Of a stretch of 42,943 nucleotides of DNA, positions 12,591 to 26,025 are shown piece after piece. The notes beneath the pieces are model-generated. The model did no database searches and was not told the DNA's origin. It saw only the letters and a list, made by a program, of their open reading frames with translations. The DNA is from Trichonephila inaurata (taxonomy: Eukaryota): NCBI GenBank assembly GCA_019973955.1, contig BMAV01004705.1:117886-160828 (forward strand), given 5' to 3'. How positions within the stretch are numbered: position 1 is the first letter of the stretch; each line of letters starts with the position of its first letter. A program made the translations under genes and the position numbers.

Positions 12591-13866
12591 AAAGGTTACA
12601 AGCTGCAGCATTTGAAAACTACATACTGTGGAGAAATTTTTTTTCCCCAAAGTGGAGACAGATGGGCACAACTTGTCATACAGTTGGTGTGTGGGTAGGT
12701 AGTGAAAGTTCCCAGATGGTTGAGGATGATTGAAATGGCAAGACAGAAAATTGGTCTCATTTTGAGGTGCGAGCCATGATTAGATTTTTATGGGCAAAGA
12801 ATGTGTTCACATCTGACATTCACAGTCAAATCTAAGGAAGTTGATGGTGAAGAAGCAATGAGCAGACAACAAGTAGCAAAATGGTGTCGCTCTTTTCAAT
12901 CAGACAGACAGGATGTTGAAAACTGCAATAAGGCAGGGAGCGGCCGGCCAAGTTCCTCAATGACAGAAATCAATATGGCATAAATTGAAGAAATGATTCA
13001 AAATGATCAACAGGTAACTCTGTGTGAAATGTCGCCAGTACTGGGACTGAGCTATGGTAGAGTGCAGCATATTGTTTCTGATGTGCGCCTGCTGGGTTCC
13101 ATGTGCGTTATCCAATGAGCCCAAAACCACATGAATGTGAAGTCTCACATTTCTTCATCATTATCCTTCTGATGGTCAGTACTTCATCAAACACATCGTT
13201 ATAGGGGACAAAACTTGGCTTCGCCATTTCGTCCCTAGAAGCAAAAAAGCAACCATGGAGTGGAAACACCCTACATCACCAATTTAAAAAAAATTAAGGT
13301 TACACCCTCTGCCGGTAAAGTTATGGCATTCATATTCTGGGATTCATGTGGCGTTATCCTGATTGATTACCTGGAGCATTGGCCAGACCATCAATGCAGA
13401 TCCTTATTGTGCCACTTTGACAAGGTTGCATGAAGCCATCTGATGTAAACAGTTTAGTATGTTGAGTAAAGGTGTTATCTTCCTGCATGACAATGCCAGG
13501 CCCCATACTGCTCAAGTAATGCAAAAATTGTTGCAACAGTTCAGGTGGGAAATCTGAAGTCACCCACCATACTGGCCAGATTTGGCACCCAGTGACTATT
13601 TCCTATTTCCGAGGTTGAAGGAGCACTTATCCAGCAGATGATTTTCTTCAGACAATGCTGTGAAAACATCCACCAAGACTTGGCTCAATGGACAGGGGCC
13701 TGATTTCTACCATGAAGGGTTAAGCAAGTTGGTTCTGCATTCTGATAAACACTTAAATAGACTTGGTGATTATGTCAAAAAGTGATAGGCACATATGCCT
13801 CTTAATTCTCTTTTGTATTTTCTGTCAATTGTTAATAAATATTTCTTTATTCAACTTGTAACCTTC
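12591..13866 (+). mobile_element. Mariner-like element (about 1.27 kb) with disrupted transposase, inside MVP intron 11
   Basis: Plus-strand translation from about 12726 gives MARQKIGLILRCE.., then ..RQQVAKWCRSFQSDRQDVENCNKAGSGRPSS.. (mariner HTH, cf. WF.KF.SGD..L.D..RSGRP). Further on come ITGDKTWL.., ..VIFLHDNARPHTA.. and ..HPPYWPDLAPSDYFLFPRLKEHL.. (DD..D catalytic signature). Frameshifts and stops interrupt it. The ends share AAGGTTACAAG in inverted orientation (12591-12604 and 13852-13866). Length is typical for mariner. Confidence 0.8.
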
Positions 13867-14464
13867 CTTTTTACCACCCTTCGTACTAGTATTACTATAT
13901 TAACTCAGCTGAATTTTTCTATTCCATTTTATATTAGATTAACACATTTATGCACCACTTCTACTACAAAAATTTCACTGCTTCTAAAAACAAACAATTA
14001 CATTGAAAAAAACTATAAAATTTTAAATCAATATAAATCAGATAATCACTTTAAATAAGCAGAGCATATCAATTAAAGGCTTATTTGCAATTGTAGTCTA
14101 ATATCCAAAAATGTATATATAATCCATAAAACTATTTTCAATTACAGTATTCTACTTGATTTGGCGTGTCTAATATTTGAGACTGATAATTATTTTATTG
14201 TTGAAAAATATTTTTTTTAAATTTAAGTAACTGTACATATAAATTGCATGCATCAAAATTTTTGGCAGTATATTGGCACAAATATGCTTAATACAAACTA
14301 ATTCTATCAAAGAAAAAAATTTGAATTGGTCATAATGATTCATAAAACCAAACAAAATAAATATAAATGTACAAAAAAAAAAATTTTTTTTTTTAATATT
14401 GTATTTAATGATAAATTTGTACACAAAAAAATAAATGGATATACTTTATGAACATTAAATTTAC

Positions 14465-14676
14465 CTAGCTGTGGCTTCTTGACTTTGAGTGGTAATTTCT
14501 ATAGCAAGCTGAACAGACTTTTGTAATGAATCTCTGGTTCGTTGATCTACAGGTTCAACACTTTGAATATCCACACTAGTAATATTCAGATTATTCTGAG
14601 GAAAGTTAAAAGTTCTTCTAACTTTCTTGTTTTCATCCAAGCCAAAAACAGCTGTGCGTATGATTTTGGCAGAATT
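14465..14676 (-). CDS. MVP: MVP exon 11
   Basis: Reverse-complement translation [70 protein letters not shown] matches human [53 protein letters not shown]. Acceptor tttcttccttttag, donor ag|GTAAAT (phase 2). Confidence 0.85.
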
Positions 14677-15110
14677 CTAAAGGAAGAAATGGTGCATAAA
14701 ATATACAGAACTACAAAATTTTTGAAAAAAGTTTTGCATTTTGTAGAAACATACTGCTTTTTCTCAATAAATTTCTTTTTCTAAATATTTTTTAAAAAAA
14801 TTAATCAAACACTATAATTTTCCCAATAAAAATTTCAAAATCAAAAAACATTTTCTTACATCACATTATCTAGTTTTATATATATTGATTTAGCTTCACA
14901 AAATAACAAAACTAAATGACCATACATACAACTAAATAATGTAAATTTAAGAAAATATTTTATATAATCAATTACAAAGACTTTTTTTTAAGATTCAAAG
15001 TAGTGGTTGAAACTATAAAATGTATTTGTATAAATTATTTGACAATTTTCCAAATCCTTCACAATTTCAAATTCCAAAATGCAAATCTTTACTTCTTAGT
15101 ATTCAAAAAT

Positions 15111-15600
15111 TTATTTACAAGCAAACAATCCAGAAAGCAAAATAATCACATTACCAATTAAATTGTGAAATGTGAGGGGGTACCCCTCAAAAAATACTTT
15201 TGCAGCATCAGAGCTTCTATGGTGTGAATTTTCATTCTTGATGGACGAGTGTAGAGCATCTCCCTCTTTGAGTTTAGTCCACCAAAAGGCATCATTTTGA
15301 AAGTGAGACATTTGGGAGGTTTTTTTTTAAAAAAGCAATTTCACATCTCACTCACTTTTTATAATGGCTGATTTAAGAGAACAGCGAGTGACTATGAAAT
15401 TTTGTGTGTTTCCTGTTTGGAAAAAACATCAGAGAAACAACTGTCATAATGTTGAACACGGATAGGCTATTAAAAAACACAATATACAAGCGGTTCTCTC
15501 ATTGATGAACAAATTTATGACCTTGCTTTTGCAGACTAATGATGGACCATTGATGAAATGGGGAAGTTATCTGGATTATTTAAGAGCTTGGTTCAGCTAA
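15111..15600. mobile_element. Rearranged mariner-like N-terminal (HTH) fragments in divergent orientation, in MVP intron 10
   Basis: Plus strand from 15364: MADLREQRVTMKFCVFPV.. (cf. mariner ..KQIRAIFLFEFKLG..). Minus ORF 15111..15311: ..FQNDAFWWTKLKEGDALHSSIKNENSHHRSS.. (cf. ..VQRWFKKFRSGDFSLEDEPRSGRPS..). Head-to-head arrangement around about 15330. Low-confidence family call. Confidence 0.35.
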
Positions 15601-17405
15601 GTTCAGTTAACAGAAAATTTGGGAATGAGATAAGTTGTAGCAAAATGGATTTTTTTGTTGCACTTTGGATTCTTCATTTAAGTGGAAACATAATATGCTT
15701 AGAAAGAACTTACCTTGTAAAGAACTGAGTTCTGAAGCAACCCAGATTTCTTTTCCAAGGTTGTTACTGATGACAAGACATAGTGATATTCTTATGATTC
15801 CAAAACCAAATGGCAATCAAGCCATTAAAAGACATCACTGTCACCTCATCAAGTGTAATCAAAATATCAAGATAATGATAATTGTTTCTTTAATGTGAGG
15901 GATATTGTGCATTTAGAGTTCATTTGATCAGGTCAGATTGCTTAAATTTCTAAATAGAAAGCTTGATGATGAAGATTATGTAAAAAGGTGCAATAAAAAA
16001 GGTACGATTTGTACCAAACAAGAAACTAGTTTATCCACCACAATGCACCTGCAGCCACAGCAATCTCATTGTGCCAGTTTTTGGCAAAAAATGTGTCTCC
16101 CTCGTACTACACCCTTTACTCACCTAACTTCATTCCATTACTTTTGTTCTGTGCTTTTTTTTATTCCATAAATGAAAAGTGACATGAAGAGACAGAATTA
16201 ACACAGAAGAAATGAAGATACAAATAAGAGTTGCTGACAACCATTACAACTGATAAGTTGAAAAATATGGGGGGAAAAAAAGACAAATGTATTAAGTTTA
16301 AAGAAGAGTACTTAAGTGATACTGAAATATAATATATTGAAACTTCGAACATATTGAAAAAAAAAAACAATACATAGCTTTTAAAAAATTTCATTTTTAA
16401 AAGGTGGATACTTCATATATCAACAACTTTCTATACAAAACAGATATAATTTTACTTGATCCTAATTACTTTTAAAAGAATTTCAAAAAATATTTTTATT
16501 TTAAAGTTATGAAAAAATTCCAATATTAAGATAGAGTAGTATATTTAAAAATTACCCAACTATTCTTGTCACTTAATTTTTGCCCCTAATTTCTCTTTCA
16601 CATTCAACTAACATCAGAATTAGTAATTAATACTAAGATTTTACATTTTTTGTAATTTATCAAATATCTCTAGAAGCCAATGATAAAAAAAATTTCCAGA
16701 TAAATAAAAGAATTAACGTAAAAGACAGTTTTGCATAAATTTATATAATATATATCAATTCACCAGTTTACATTCCTTACTTTCATTAAATAATTTTGCA
16801 ATTATGCTTAAAGTTGGGTTTGTTTGCAGATCTATTGAGACCTAATGGTAACTTTTATTTTGAAACTCATAAAAACATCCATAAATAAAAACCATGGAAA
16901 TAAAAATTATTTTATTATAAAAATATTAAATTAAAAACACTTTTTATAACAATTAAATAATACCTATATCTAAAAAAATAAACATTTAACTTTAAAATGC
17001 CAAATAAGATCAGAGCACAGGATAATTTACTTAACTTTGTTACATATGGCTTAAATTAAAAACTGAACTCGAATTATGAATAGACAATTCATTTTTTAAT
17101 CATTAGATAATAAAAAGAATTTATACGAAAATATTTAGCATACACAAAATACATGGTTAGTGTTATAGTACAGAACAATAAGTTCAATAAAAAAGGACAT
17201 TTTACACACTGCTGTTTCACTTTTAGTAAAAGCTTAGTATTATAGTGGCAATCAATTTAACATTTTCAAACACATAATATCATAGTAGGTTATGTCAACA
17301 TAAATTTCAATGTAATTTTCAATTTATAGAGCCACATAACAAATTATAAGTCTGCCAACATTAAATTAAAAAATTAATAATAATTAGTATCTTTGGAGTA
17401 TATAC

Positions 17406-17547
17406 TTTATGAAAATCATCAAAATTTGTCCCAGCAACAGAGCCACGAATTCTGGAAGCTATTGCTTTGCAAAGATCACCAATAAAATCTGGAACGCTGA
17501 ATAATTTAGCAGCTGCTTCAGGGCTTTTATCACCAATATCAAAGTAC
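17406..17547 (-). CDS. MVP: MVP exon 10
   Basis: Reverse-complement translation (W)[47 protein letters not shown] matches human [48 protein letters not shown]. Acceptor ctctgtag, donor GTATAT. Confidence 0.85.
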
Positions 17548-18163
17548 CTACAGAGATGAAATTAAGCCATTATTAAAATAAAACAAAGATATCCAAATAT
17601 CATAATCCAAATCCAATCTGTTACGAACAATTTTTCTCTTCTTTTTTAAACCTTAATGGGGACATTTGATATAATACAGAATGACTGCATTTTTAATTAA
17701 TTAATGCGATTATAAACTTTATTTTTCTACTGGTACGATAACAACTTACATATGCCATCTTAAAAAGCAACATTTAAATGAATGATAATAATTCCACTAC
17801 CATAATAACAAACAATAGAAAAATATATATGACAAGAGGATTGAAAGATTGGATAGTCTAAACAAGGAAGCATTATGCAATTACAAAGGCAATTTAATAA
17901 AATATAGTGTTAAAGCATTAAATAAGTCACATAGTAAAAATCAGTTTCACAACATGATTTAAGGTATAACTTATTATCATTTTTGAATTTCCTTTTTAAT
18001 CTAGTTTTTCAACTTTCCATCTTACTGGCCCATAATTATGAATGTAGGAAACTTCTTTTTGAAATGAAAGAAGCTTAATTAATTTTACGCAATCTTAAAA
18101 AGAAAAATGTGAAATACTTAATAAAACATCATAATAACAAAATAAATTTTAAATACATTCCTT

Positions 18164-18475
18164 CTGCATTTATTCAAATCTAAGCTGCACTTTCCCCCCA
18201 ATGTTAATGATACTGAAAATTGGGTGTGGCTTAGAATCACAGGCAGAAAAATTCATTGGATTGGGGAAATTGAACATGATACTAGAAGAATTACAGGCTC
18301 ATGCATGTGTTTAAAAGTTTTTAATACTGGTAAAATAAATTAATTATTCACTATTTATTTGTTCTCATTTTAAATTTTTGTAAATATCTGATATTTATAA
18401 ACCATTTATCATTTTCTTTACAAAAATTTGTTGAGAATTAGAGGTGAGGCTTAGATTTGAATAAATACAGTAAAT
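18164..18475. repeat. MITE copy B (same family as 1149-1455), in MVP intron 9
   Basis: TIRs TGCATTTATTCAAATCTAAGC and GCTTAGATTTGAATAAATACAG. Internal sequence ..ttacaggctcatgcatgtgtttaaaagtttttaatactggtaaaataaattaattattcac..ttgttgagaattagagg.. is collinear with copy A. Confidence 0.7.
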
Positions 18476-18771
18476 ATATTTTTAAAAAACTATTAACTAT
18501 CTAAAAGCTTTTTTTATACAGCCACTATATTTAAAAACTTAATATTTCTGTTTAGAATAACACCATCTTAAAAACTAATAATTTTTTTCAAATCCAGTAA
18601 TGAATAATTTTATAATTTTTTATTTATGGAATGAGTTAACATAATAAAGTTATTCTTTTTAAATGTTAACAGAGAAAAAAAAACTTTTTAGTGATTAACA
18701 TATTAATTATGATAAAAGCTCATTATTTTCGCAAAATTAATCTTAACAAAAAATAAAGAATAGTAACAAAC

Positions 18772-18969
18772 CAATTATATGAAAGTTGTAGTGAAAGTCT
18801 AGCATGGTCAGCAGTTTCAACAGTAATGATATCTGTACAAAAATCAGGTCCCAAGAGTAAGCAGAGAGTTTTAATAACATTTGGTCTTTTTGGTTTATCA
18901 CCGGAAAGACAAAGTTGTGTAAATTGTTCATCAGGTGCTAGCATTACAAGATCTGGACCAAAAATAACT
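18772..18969 (-). CDS. MVP: MVP exon 9 (shoulder region)
   Basis: ORF 18723..19016: (R)[65 protein letters not shown](W) matches human [66 protein letters not shown]. Acceptor tttcag, donor GTTTGT (phase 2). Confidence 0.88.
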
Positions 18970-19854
18970 CTGAAAGTTAATAAAATTTTTATATTATAAA
19001 ATAACTGGCTACTCATTCACATACAATTAAAATCAGTGTGAATTTAAAAATAAAACACTTATTTAAAATATTTTACAAAATAAATATTTCAAATAGATAT
19101 ATTTGACAAAAGTTTCACAAAATTGATATATTAAAAAATAAATAATAAAGATTGAGGTAATTTAAAGTATGCTGACATACAATACTATATGCGAGTACAT
19201 ATAGAAAAAAAATCATGAATATATATTACATGTAAAAAAAATAATACATTAATGAATGCAATATAATGTATAGCCATACATACAGTATAATGTATCTTTC
19301 TGAAGAAAATAGGAAAATTAAATTTGAAATTTTAAAATCATTTTAAATCACATAAGTTTTATACATTTTTAATGAATTTTTTCATGTAAAAAATACCTTT
19401 AATTCATAAATTATACAATTTAAGATATTTCACAATAAACTAGAACACTTATATAATTTTTAAATATTTAGCATTCCTCTCCAAAAAAAATATATTATTA
19501 CATTAAAAACAATATATTAAACATATTACCAAAATGATTCACTATTTAACCTTTCAGAATAAAAGCTGAACAGGTATTGTTTTTATATAAAGAAATTATA
19601 AAACTCAATCAAAAAGAAGGAATTAAGTTTTCAAAATCATAATGCAATTTTTTTTGAATAACTCACAAATTTTAAGATAACTTGGAAAATAGATCTGAAG
19701 TTCCAAAACAGGAAATTTAAAAAACTTAAACTGTTGAAACCAGAACAATATTTATTAATTCCTTGTTTATTTCTGATTATAATTGAACACATTTAGAAGT
19801 GATTTCAATAGAGAGAAGAAAATTTAAGAAATAACATGATAGCAAGGTCTAAAC

Positions 19855-19925
19855 CAGAGGTGTCCAAACTTTTTGGGAAAAGTACCACTATCTGATTAAA
19901 AAAAACCTACGTGTGCCACTTGCAT
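19855..19925. repeat. Dispersed short repeat fragment (same family as 847-960)
   Basis: See the entry for 847-960: shared motif RGGTG.SCARACTTTT...GTAC. Confidence 0.35.
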
Positions 19926-22035
19926 TTTCAACAAACAAAAAAGTATGAAAAGTAGAAAAAAATGTTACATAAAGGTTTATCATGGGATTTTTGCACAAAT
20001 AACTTCTTTTTTTTATGCAAGTATAAGTAGAGCAAATATAATAAATAAAACCAAACTACAAAGTTAGCTTTTATTGTTAATTAACTTTTTACAGGTTCAA
20101 TGTTATATTTGGTATAAAATGAAAGTGAGTAACTTGAAAGATTTAATTTAATTCCAAATAAATATTAAATAGTCAATACTTGCTTAAGGTGGCTTTTGAA
20201 TTTGCAGTTTTTTTAATTAAGTAATCTATATTAGGATTAGATTAGAAATGGCATAATGGAAAATATTAGGAGCTCCCAGCAAAGTCAAGTTTTGGGCTTC
20301 AATTTTAAAAAGGATTATGTACTTGGGGCCAGTCAGGCATTTTTTTTTTTGGACCCCTAGAATCCACTAGGCCACTGTAAATTAGAGTTCTCTCTTCAAG
20401 ATGCTAACAAAATTGTTTTAGGTGCATATCAGTTAATTTTGAGTTTTTAATTTTATTTTGTTCATAACAGAAAACATTTGTTCACAAATATATGTTGATC
20501 CAAACCTACAGCAATATCTGACAGTCGAATCGTGTAAATTTGGAAAATTGCGTGTAGGTACAAATTTCCAAAATTCAACATAATTCGGATCACTTACAGT
20601 TAAAATAACTTCCTTATACTTGTTTTTTAGGTCACAATTGCGATTTAGATTTCAGGTGGGTAACAATCAACGTCTTGCAGAGATGTTGAAAAAGATTTGC
20701 AAAGAGAACAGCATTTTTTTTATCATCTTGAAAATTAGCAAACTTAGTACTGAACGAATCCTACAAAATGAATATTAAATTTTTTAATCTGTTATAGTTT
20801 GGAGAATTGTTAACTTTAATAAATAGTTCCTGCATTAATGGGAAAAGTGTTAATCTTTTTTGCAAAAGCCTCTTCACAAAAGAAGATATAGGACTTAACT
20901 TGCATAGGAAAAATACAATTTTTCTCTGCGATTATAAATTAAAATTATTTAAATTTTCCATAATATCGGAAAGCCAGCATACACAACATTAGAGATTGAG
21001 TCTCTACATGATTATTTTCTATTGTAATTTAATTAATTAAGTGTATTTCAAATAAATTTTGAGTGTTTTTTTTTTAGTTTAAAACAGCCGCATTTCAATA
21101 AAATTGTTAAAAAAAATTGCTAATTATCATCTTTTCAAATATTTTGAATTTTAAGCAAGTCTTCACATGCCACAAATACAACTTTGCCATTCTACACTGT
21201 GGCATGCATACCACACATTGGCCATCCCTAATCTAAACAAATTAGGAATCTTTTCAAAAGAACATTTACTCTTTCAACATTATTTTTTCATGCTTTTTAA
21301 TTCCTCGATGAAATTTTATCACAAAATATACCACTTTTGCTAAATATTACATACAATGGCATACACGAGATAGAGGTTTGAAGTTTCAAACCTCACCCTT
21401 TTTTTATCCCCATACATTTTTTGCCTACAAAACCCCTTCCATAAAAGTAGTTTTTGTACACCATTGATTACAATACTGGTCTTTGTTTTATATTCTTTGG
21501 TACAAATATAATTTCAGCAGCTAATAGAGATTACTTTTAATTTTCCCATACTCAAGCTTTTAAAACAAATTAAGAAACTTGAAATATACAAAAGAACTTT
21601 AACATGTTGACTGCCAAAAGTTAATTTGTAGTTTCCATTATTGCTCAAGACACCATTTACAAGTTATCAGGAAGTTTGTCTTTTGACTTGCCATATTTGA
21701 GCACCTAATAAAAAAAATAATAGAATAAAAAATTCGTAGAATATCAGAGTAAATATGAATTTCGTAATAGTTGTGTAATTTGTATCACACTGGATACTCA
21801 AATTTTTTTACACCAGAATCCCAAAAACTACCACGGCAGTCAAAACATGAAAAAATAATGTGCATCATAGAAGTTTTAATTCGGTTTGATTGAATGTGCA
21901 TAATTTAAAAGTAATAAAAATAAATTAAAAAAATAAACAGTTCAATTATGCCTTCTCCAGAATCAATCAAGACATAATACACATTCAAATAATTAAAAAA
22001 AAATGTTCCAAATCTTTATTTCTAAAAATACTTAC

Positions 22036-22298
22036 CTTGACTTTTTTTGTTTATAATCATAAATTTGGACAGCAGCATTGTGAGGAACTCTTAAAGTAAC
22101 AGCTCTGGCTCCTTCCTCTTCTGATTTTGTAGCTTTTTGTTTAAAATGAGCAGCATCTGCTTTTAGTCTCCAGGAACCTCTATCGCTTAAAGGGTCATGA
22201 CCTTTATTCAGCAATTCTTCTATTTGGGGTGGCAATTCCTTTACCCAAAGTTCCTCATCTTGGTTAAGCATATAGGTAGAACCAGAAATAAGACGAAC
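22036..22298 (-). CDS. MVP: MVP exon 8
   Basis: ORF 22032..22364: [61 protein letters not shown](R) matches human [62 protein letters not shown]. Acceptor tgtcag, donor ag|GTAAGT (phase 2). Confidence 0.88.
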
Positions 22299-23028
22299 CT
22301 GACACAAAGTAATAAATGTAATTTTAAGCATAATAATATAATTATATACTTCAAATAGAACCAAATTATCTTAAGAAAGAAATTTATAATAAAATATAAA
22401 ACAAGTTAATAGTTAAATTCTTTTAAAGATTTGAAAAAAAATTTTTTTAACTCATTCTTATAGGTAAACATTTTACTATGAAAAAGCTACATTGTAGCAA
22501 ATCATATAAATGAAGATTCAAAGACCAAATAAGAACAATTCATGGCTATTTTTTATTTTATTAAAATGAAATACACCGTAAAATAACTCAAAAAGATTAC
22601 AATCTATGATTAAAAGCAAAAATTAAATGGAAAACGAAACTCATTAATTCATTATTTATCTCTTTATTATTACTTATGATTTGACTTGGTTGCAAACATT
22701 TCTTTGGCTTTATTTTGACTTCTGAGATGTCTAATATTTAAGAGTATTTTTGAAGTTGGAATTTTAGATTTGGTTTTCAAAAAGTAAGGAAGGGTTGACA
22801 GAGTCTTAAAATATACATAATGTACAAGGATGTACTGAAAAAGTAATCAGCATCCAGAAAGATATACATTATAGAAAATATAAACATCCATACATCAAGA
22901 ATATTCAATGTTAGTAATATATTCTAGCATATCAAGGTCTTGTCAGTAAGATGAAAAATCATTTTTGGGGTTTTGTAGAATCCACGTACAAGATTCTGTA
23001 ACCTATGTTTACCAGAACTTAACATGAT

Positions 23029-23042
23029 GGGGGGGGGGGGGG
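23029..23042 (+). repeat. Poly-G tract (14 G)
   Basis: Direct observation: gatgg(g)14cgaagg. Confidence 0.9.
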
Positions 23043-24170
23043 CGAAGGCTAAATGTAATGACCAACAATGGATTTACATTCTACAACATCAATGCTACAG
23101 CTTTAGCAGTTGGCTAGCCTCTTTTTGAAGAAAGTTGATGGTATGCACAAACCATCATTAAGACAACTATCATGTCTTGGTTTTACAGAATGTCCATAAA
23201 GTCAATGATTGATTCACAAACAAGAACTAATTCTTTCACTCTTAGAACAATTACTTTGCCTACAAATCACACAAAGTAATAGTAGCTACAAAGTAACAAG
23301 GCTAATGGATTTTAACAAGTATTGCATAACTTACTACCTTCAAAATATGCATTACAAGAGGACATGGATCCCAAAAGTTATCGAAACAGCTTAAATATTA
23401 TCAATAGCACATTGCAGTGAAACAGTAAACCCCACCATAAAAAATATGTATTATTATTATTATGAATATGTTGAAAAAGTATTGCTCAGTAAGGTTTATT
23501 TGTAATAAAAGGGACATATGAAAGAAATCAAGAATAAATTTAAACAATAAATACATATGAAAATATTTTGTAATTACAATAAATACTAATTTTTTTTAAT
23601 TATAATTTACATTATTTGTGGAACAAGATGAAAACTACTGGCAACACTTCATAATTTTGAGTTACAGTTGAATTAAAGGGACTACACATGAAAGAATTCT
23701 TCACTTTTTAACTTTCATACTAGGCTATGTAGGGATTTTTTTTTAGTCCATATTAAGTTAACATGTAGCGGTTCCCATTATAATATTACTAAACACAGTA
23801 GTCTTTAGTCAAACTAGAACTCAAGCCTATAACAGAACTGGAACACTGCCGGAATTAGAGAGTTCCTCATCATGATCATTAAACAACTGATTGACATTCT
23901 TGAAAAGTTAACCATTATTGAAAGTAAGTCCTTTTCTTAAAGAAAGTAACATAAACAATTACAAATGTAGTGGATGTTATAGTCAAATCATATTATAAAT
24001 AACTTAAACAAGTATATCTTAAATTCTACAGTTAAACATTTTCATATTTCAGTAAATGTTATACAAGATTTGCTTAAAATTCTTACATCTCAAACCTTTT
24101 CTCACTGAAAATGAAAAAAATTCTGAAGTATCTTTTTAAATGCAAACAAAGGCTGTTGATCTATACTTAC

Positions 24171-24320
24171 TTGACCAGACTTAATATTTCTCACATATAT
24201 TCCTTCATTTTCATCTAGTGCAATAGCATATCGTTTGGTAACAATTTCTACTTCAGTTGATGGAATGTATTCAGTAGGACCTTTAATCATCCAACGGTCT
24301 CCAGGATTACGATTAATAAC
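24171..24320 (-). CDS. MVP: MVP exon 7
   Basis: ORF 24102..24290 plus upstream codons: [50 protein letters not shown] matches human [47 protein letters not shown]. Acceptor ttctag, donor GTAAGT. Confidence 0.88.
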
Positions 24321-24764
24321 CTAGAAATAAATATCAATGCAATTTAATAACTGTCTATAAAAAGCCAAAATATAAGTAATGAAGTTTACATAGAATAACT
24401 TTAAACTCAAATTTTGAGAAAATGGAAAGTATAAAGTAAAAAAAAATCATTATCCTTACTTTAATTAAATGTATTTTGCATACAATTAAAATAATATTTA
24501 TTGTTAGCAGACTTCACCACTGAATACATTTTGAGTCAACTTGAGATTCACATAGGTATAAAACAATTTGTAACTTATTTTTAATTTCAGAGCTAAATTT
24601 ATTAATATGTACATGTTTGAAATTTTTTTCCTTTCAGTTAATGGTATTAATAAACTATATAGAATTCAAATATGAAAATAAAGAATTTGAAATCGATACT
24701 TTTAGTGAGCAGAGTGAAATTTCTAGAAATTTTGGCATTTTATTGCAATAAAAAAAACACTTAC

Positions 24765-24896
24765 AGGAGTTTCACTATTGTCTTGAAATGCTTCTCTAGC
24801 TCTTAAAATAAGACCTTCATTTTCACTTAGAACATGAATATCCTGAATACCAGCTTCTAATTTTTCTCCAGGTAGCAAGAAAAATGATTTTTCACC
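24765..24896 (-). CDS. MVP: MVP exon 6
   Basis: Reverse-complement translation [44 protein letters not shown] matches human [41 protein letters not shown]. Acceptor ttag, donor GTAAGT. Confidence 0.85.
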
Positions 24897-25788
24897 CTAA
24901 TTTTAGAAATGAATTTAAAATGTAAGCTACTTTATAAATGACATCAAAAATTAAAAACTATTGCATTACAACCACATTTAAAATATATTTTAAAATTTAA
25001 AGAAGGGTGCCAAGTATATAACTGACATGTATCTAAAGAATAAAGCAAAAAAGAGAAATTTAAGAAAAAATTAATAAGTAAATTATATGAACATGTAAGT
25101 TAAACTCCTTATTTTTAACAATTTGGACTAGTTTAAGTACATATATTTAAAAGCATAAATTTCACTTTCACATGCCTTAACCTGCACAAAATATATATGC
25201 ACTCTTATACATATTTTGTAAATCTCACAAATCATAATTATATAAAAAGATCCCCGAAATTTAGAACTTCATCTTCTAGATAAAACATTTGCAAATATTT
25301 AAAACACTATTATTAATTTTTAAAAGTTATATACTATAATAAATGTACATAAACTTCAAACCAAATGCTAATTTTAAAAAAATTTAAGCAAACGAATTAA
25401 ACTTTAAAGAATCAATTCAAAGGGTAAAAACAATCTCTATAAATCATATACATTTTATAATTGCTTATTTAATCTAACAAGAAATAATAGTACTGATGAC
25501 AGAAATGATAACGAGTTATATTTTTGATAACATTAAGTGATTTGAAAATTTCGTAGAGAATTATTTCTTTTTTTTTAAATTAAGAAACATTTTGAGATTC
25601 AAAATCAGATTACACTTTTATTCTAAAATTATTTCATGAATCAACTGACCCAAATATTAAAAATTAAGTCAAGCAATATTAACCTTGAAAGAGTATGCAA
25701 AAACTTTTTTAATGAAACAGTAAGATTGATAATCACCATATTTCACAAGAACAAATTAGGTAAATTTCAATATATAAAAAAAACTAAC

Positions 25789-26025
25789 CTTTATAAGTTT
25801 TTTCCTTCCTAACTGAGGTTTACCATCTGTATCCAAGGGATCCAGAATAACACAATACTGACGATTAGAAAGAGTTGTGATCTTTACAATTCCTACTACA
25901 TCTTCATAAACACCAGGAATGAAAGTTTCAGTATCTGTTAATGTTATTAGCCATTCCTCCCCATTTTTCCTTGTTTTTCCAAATTCATCTACAAAAGTCT
26001 TCTTTGCTTTGACATGAACAGCTTC
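25789..26025 (-). CDS. MVP: MVP exon 5 (MVP repeat domain)
   Basis: ORF 25756..26046: [79 protein letters not shown] matches human [51 protein letters not shown]. Acceptor is a non-standard ...ttttAAG, donor GTTAGT. Confidence 0.85.

Noticed and set aside
14542-16394. Plus- and minus-strand ORFs overlapping or near MVP exon 11 (14542..14784, 15607..15898, 15938..16394)
   Set aside because: 14542..14784(+) is merely antisense to MVP exon 11. The others lack motifs apart from the weak mariner-HTH resemblance reported separately.
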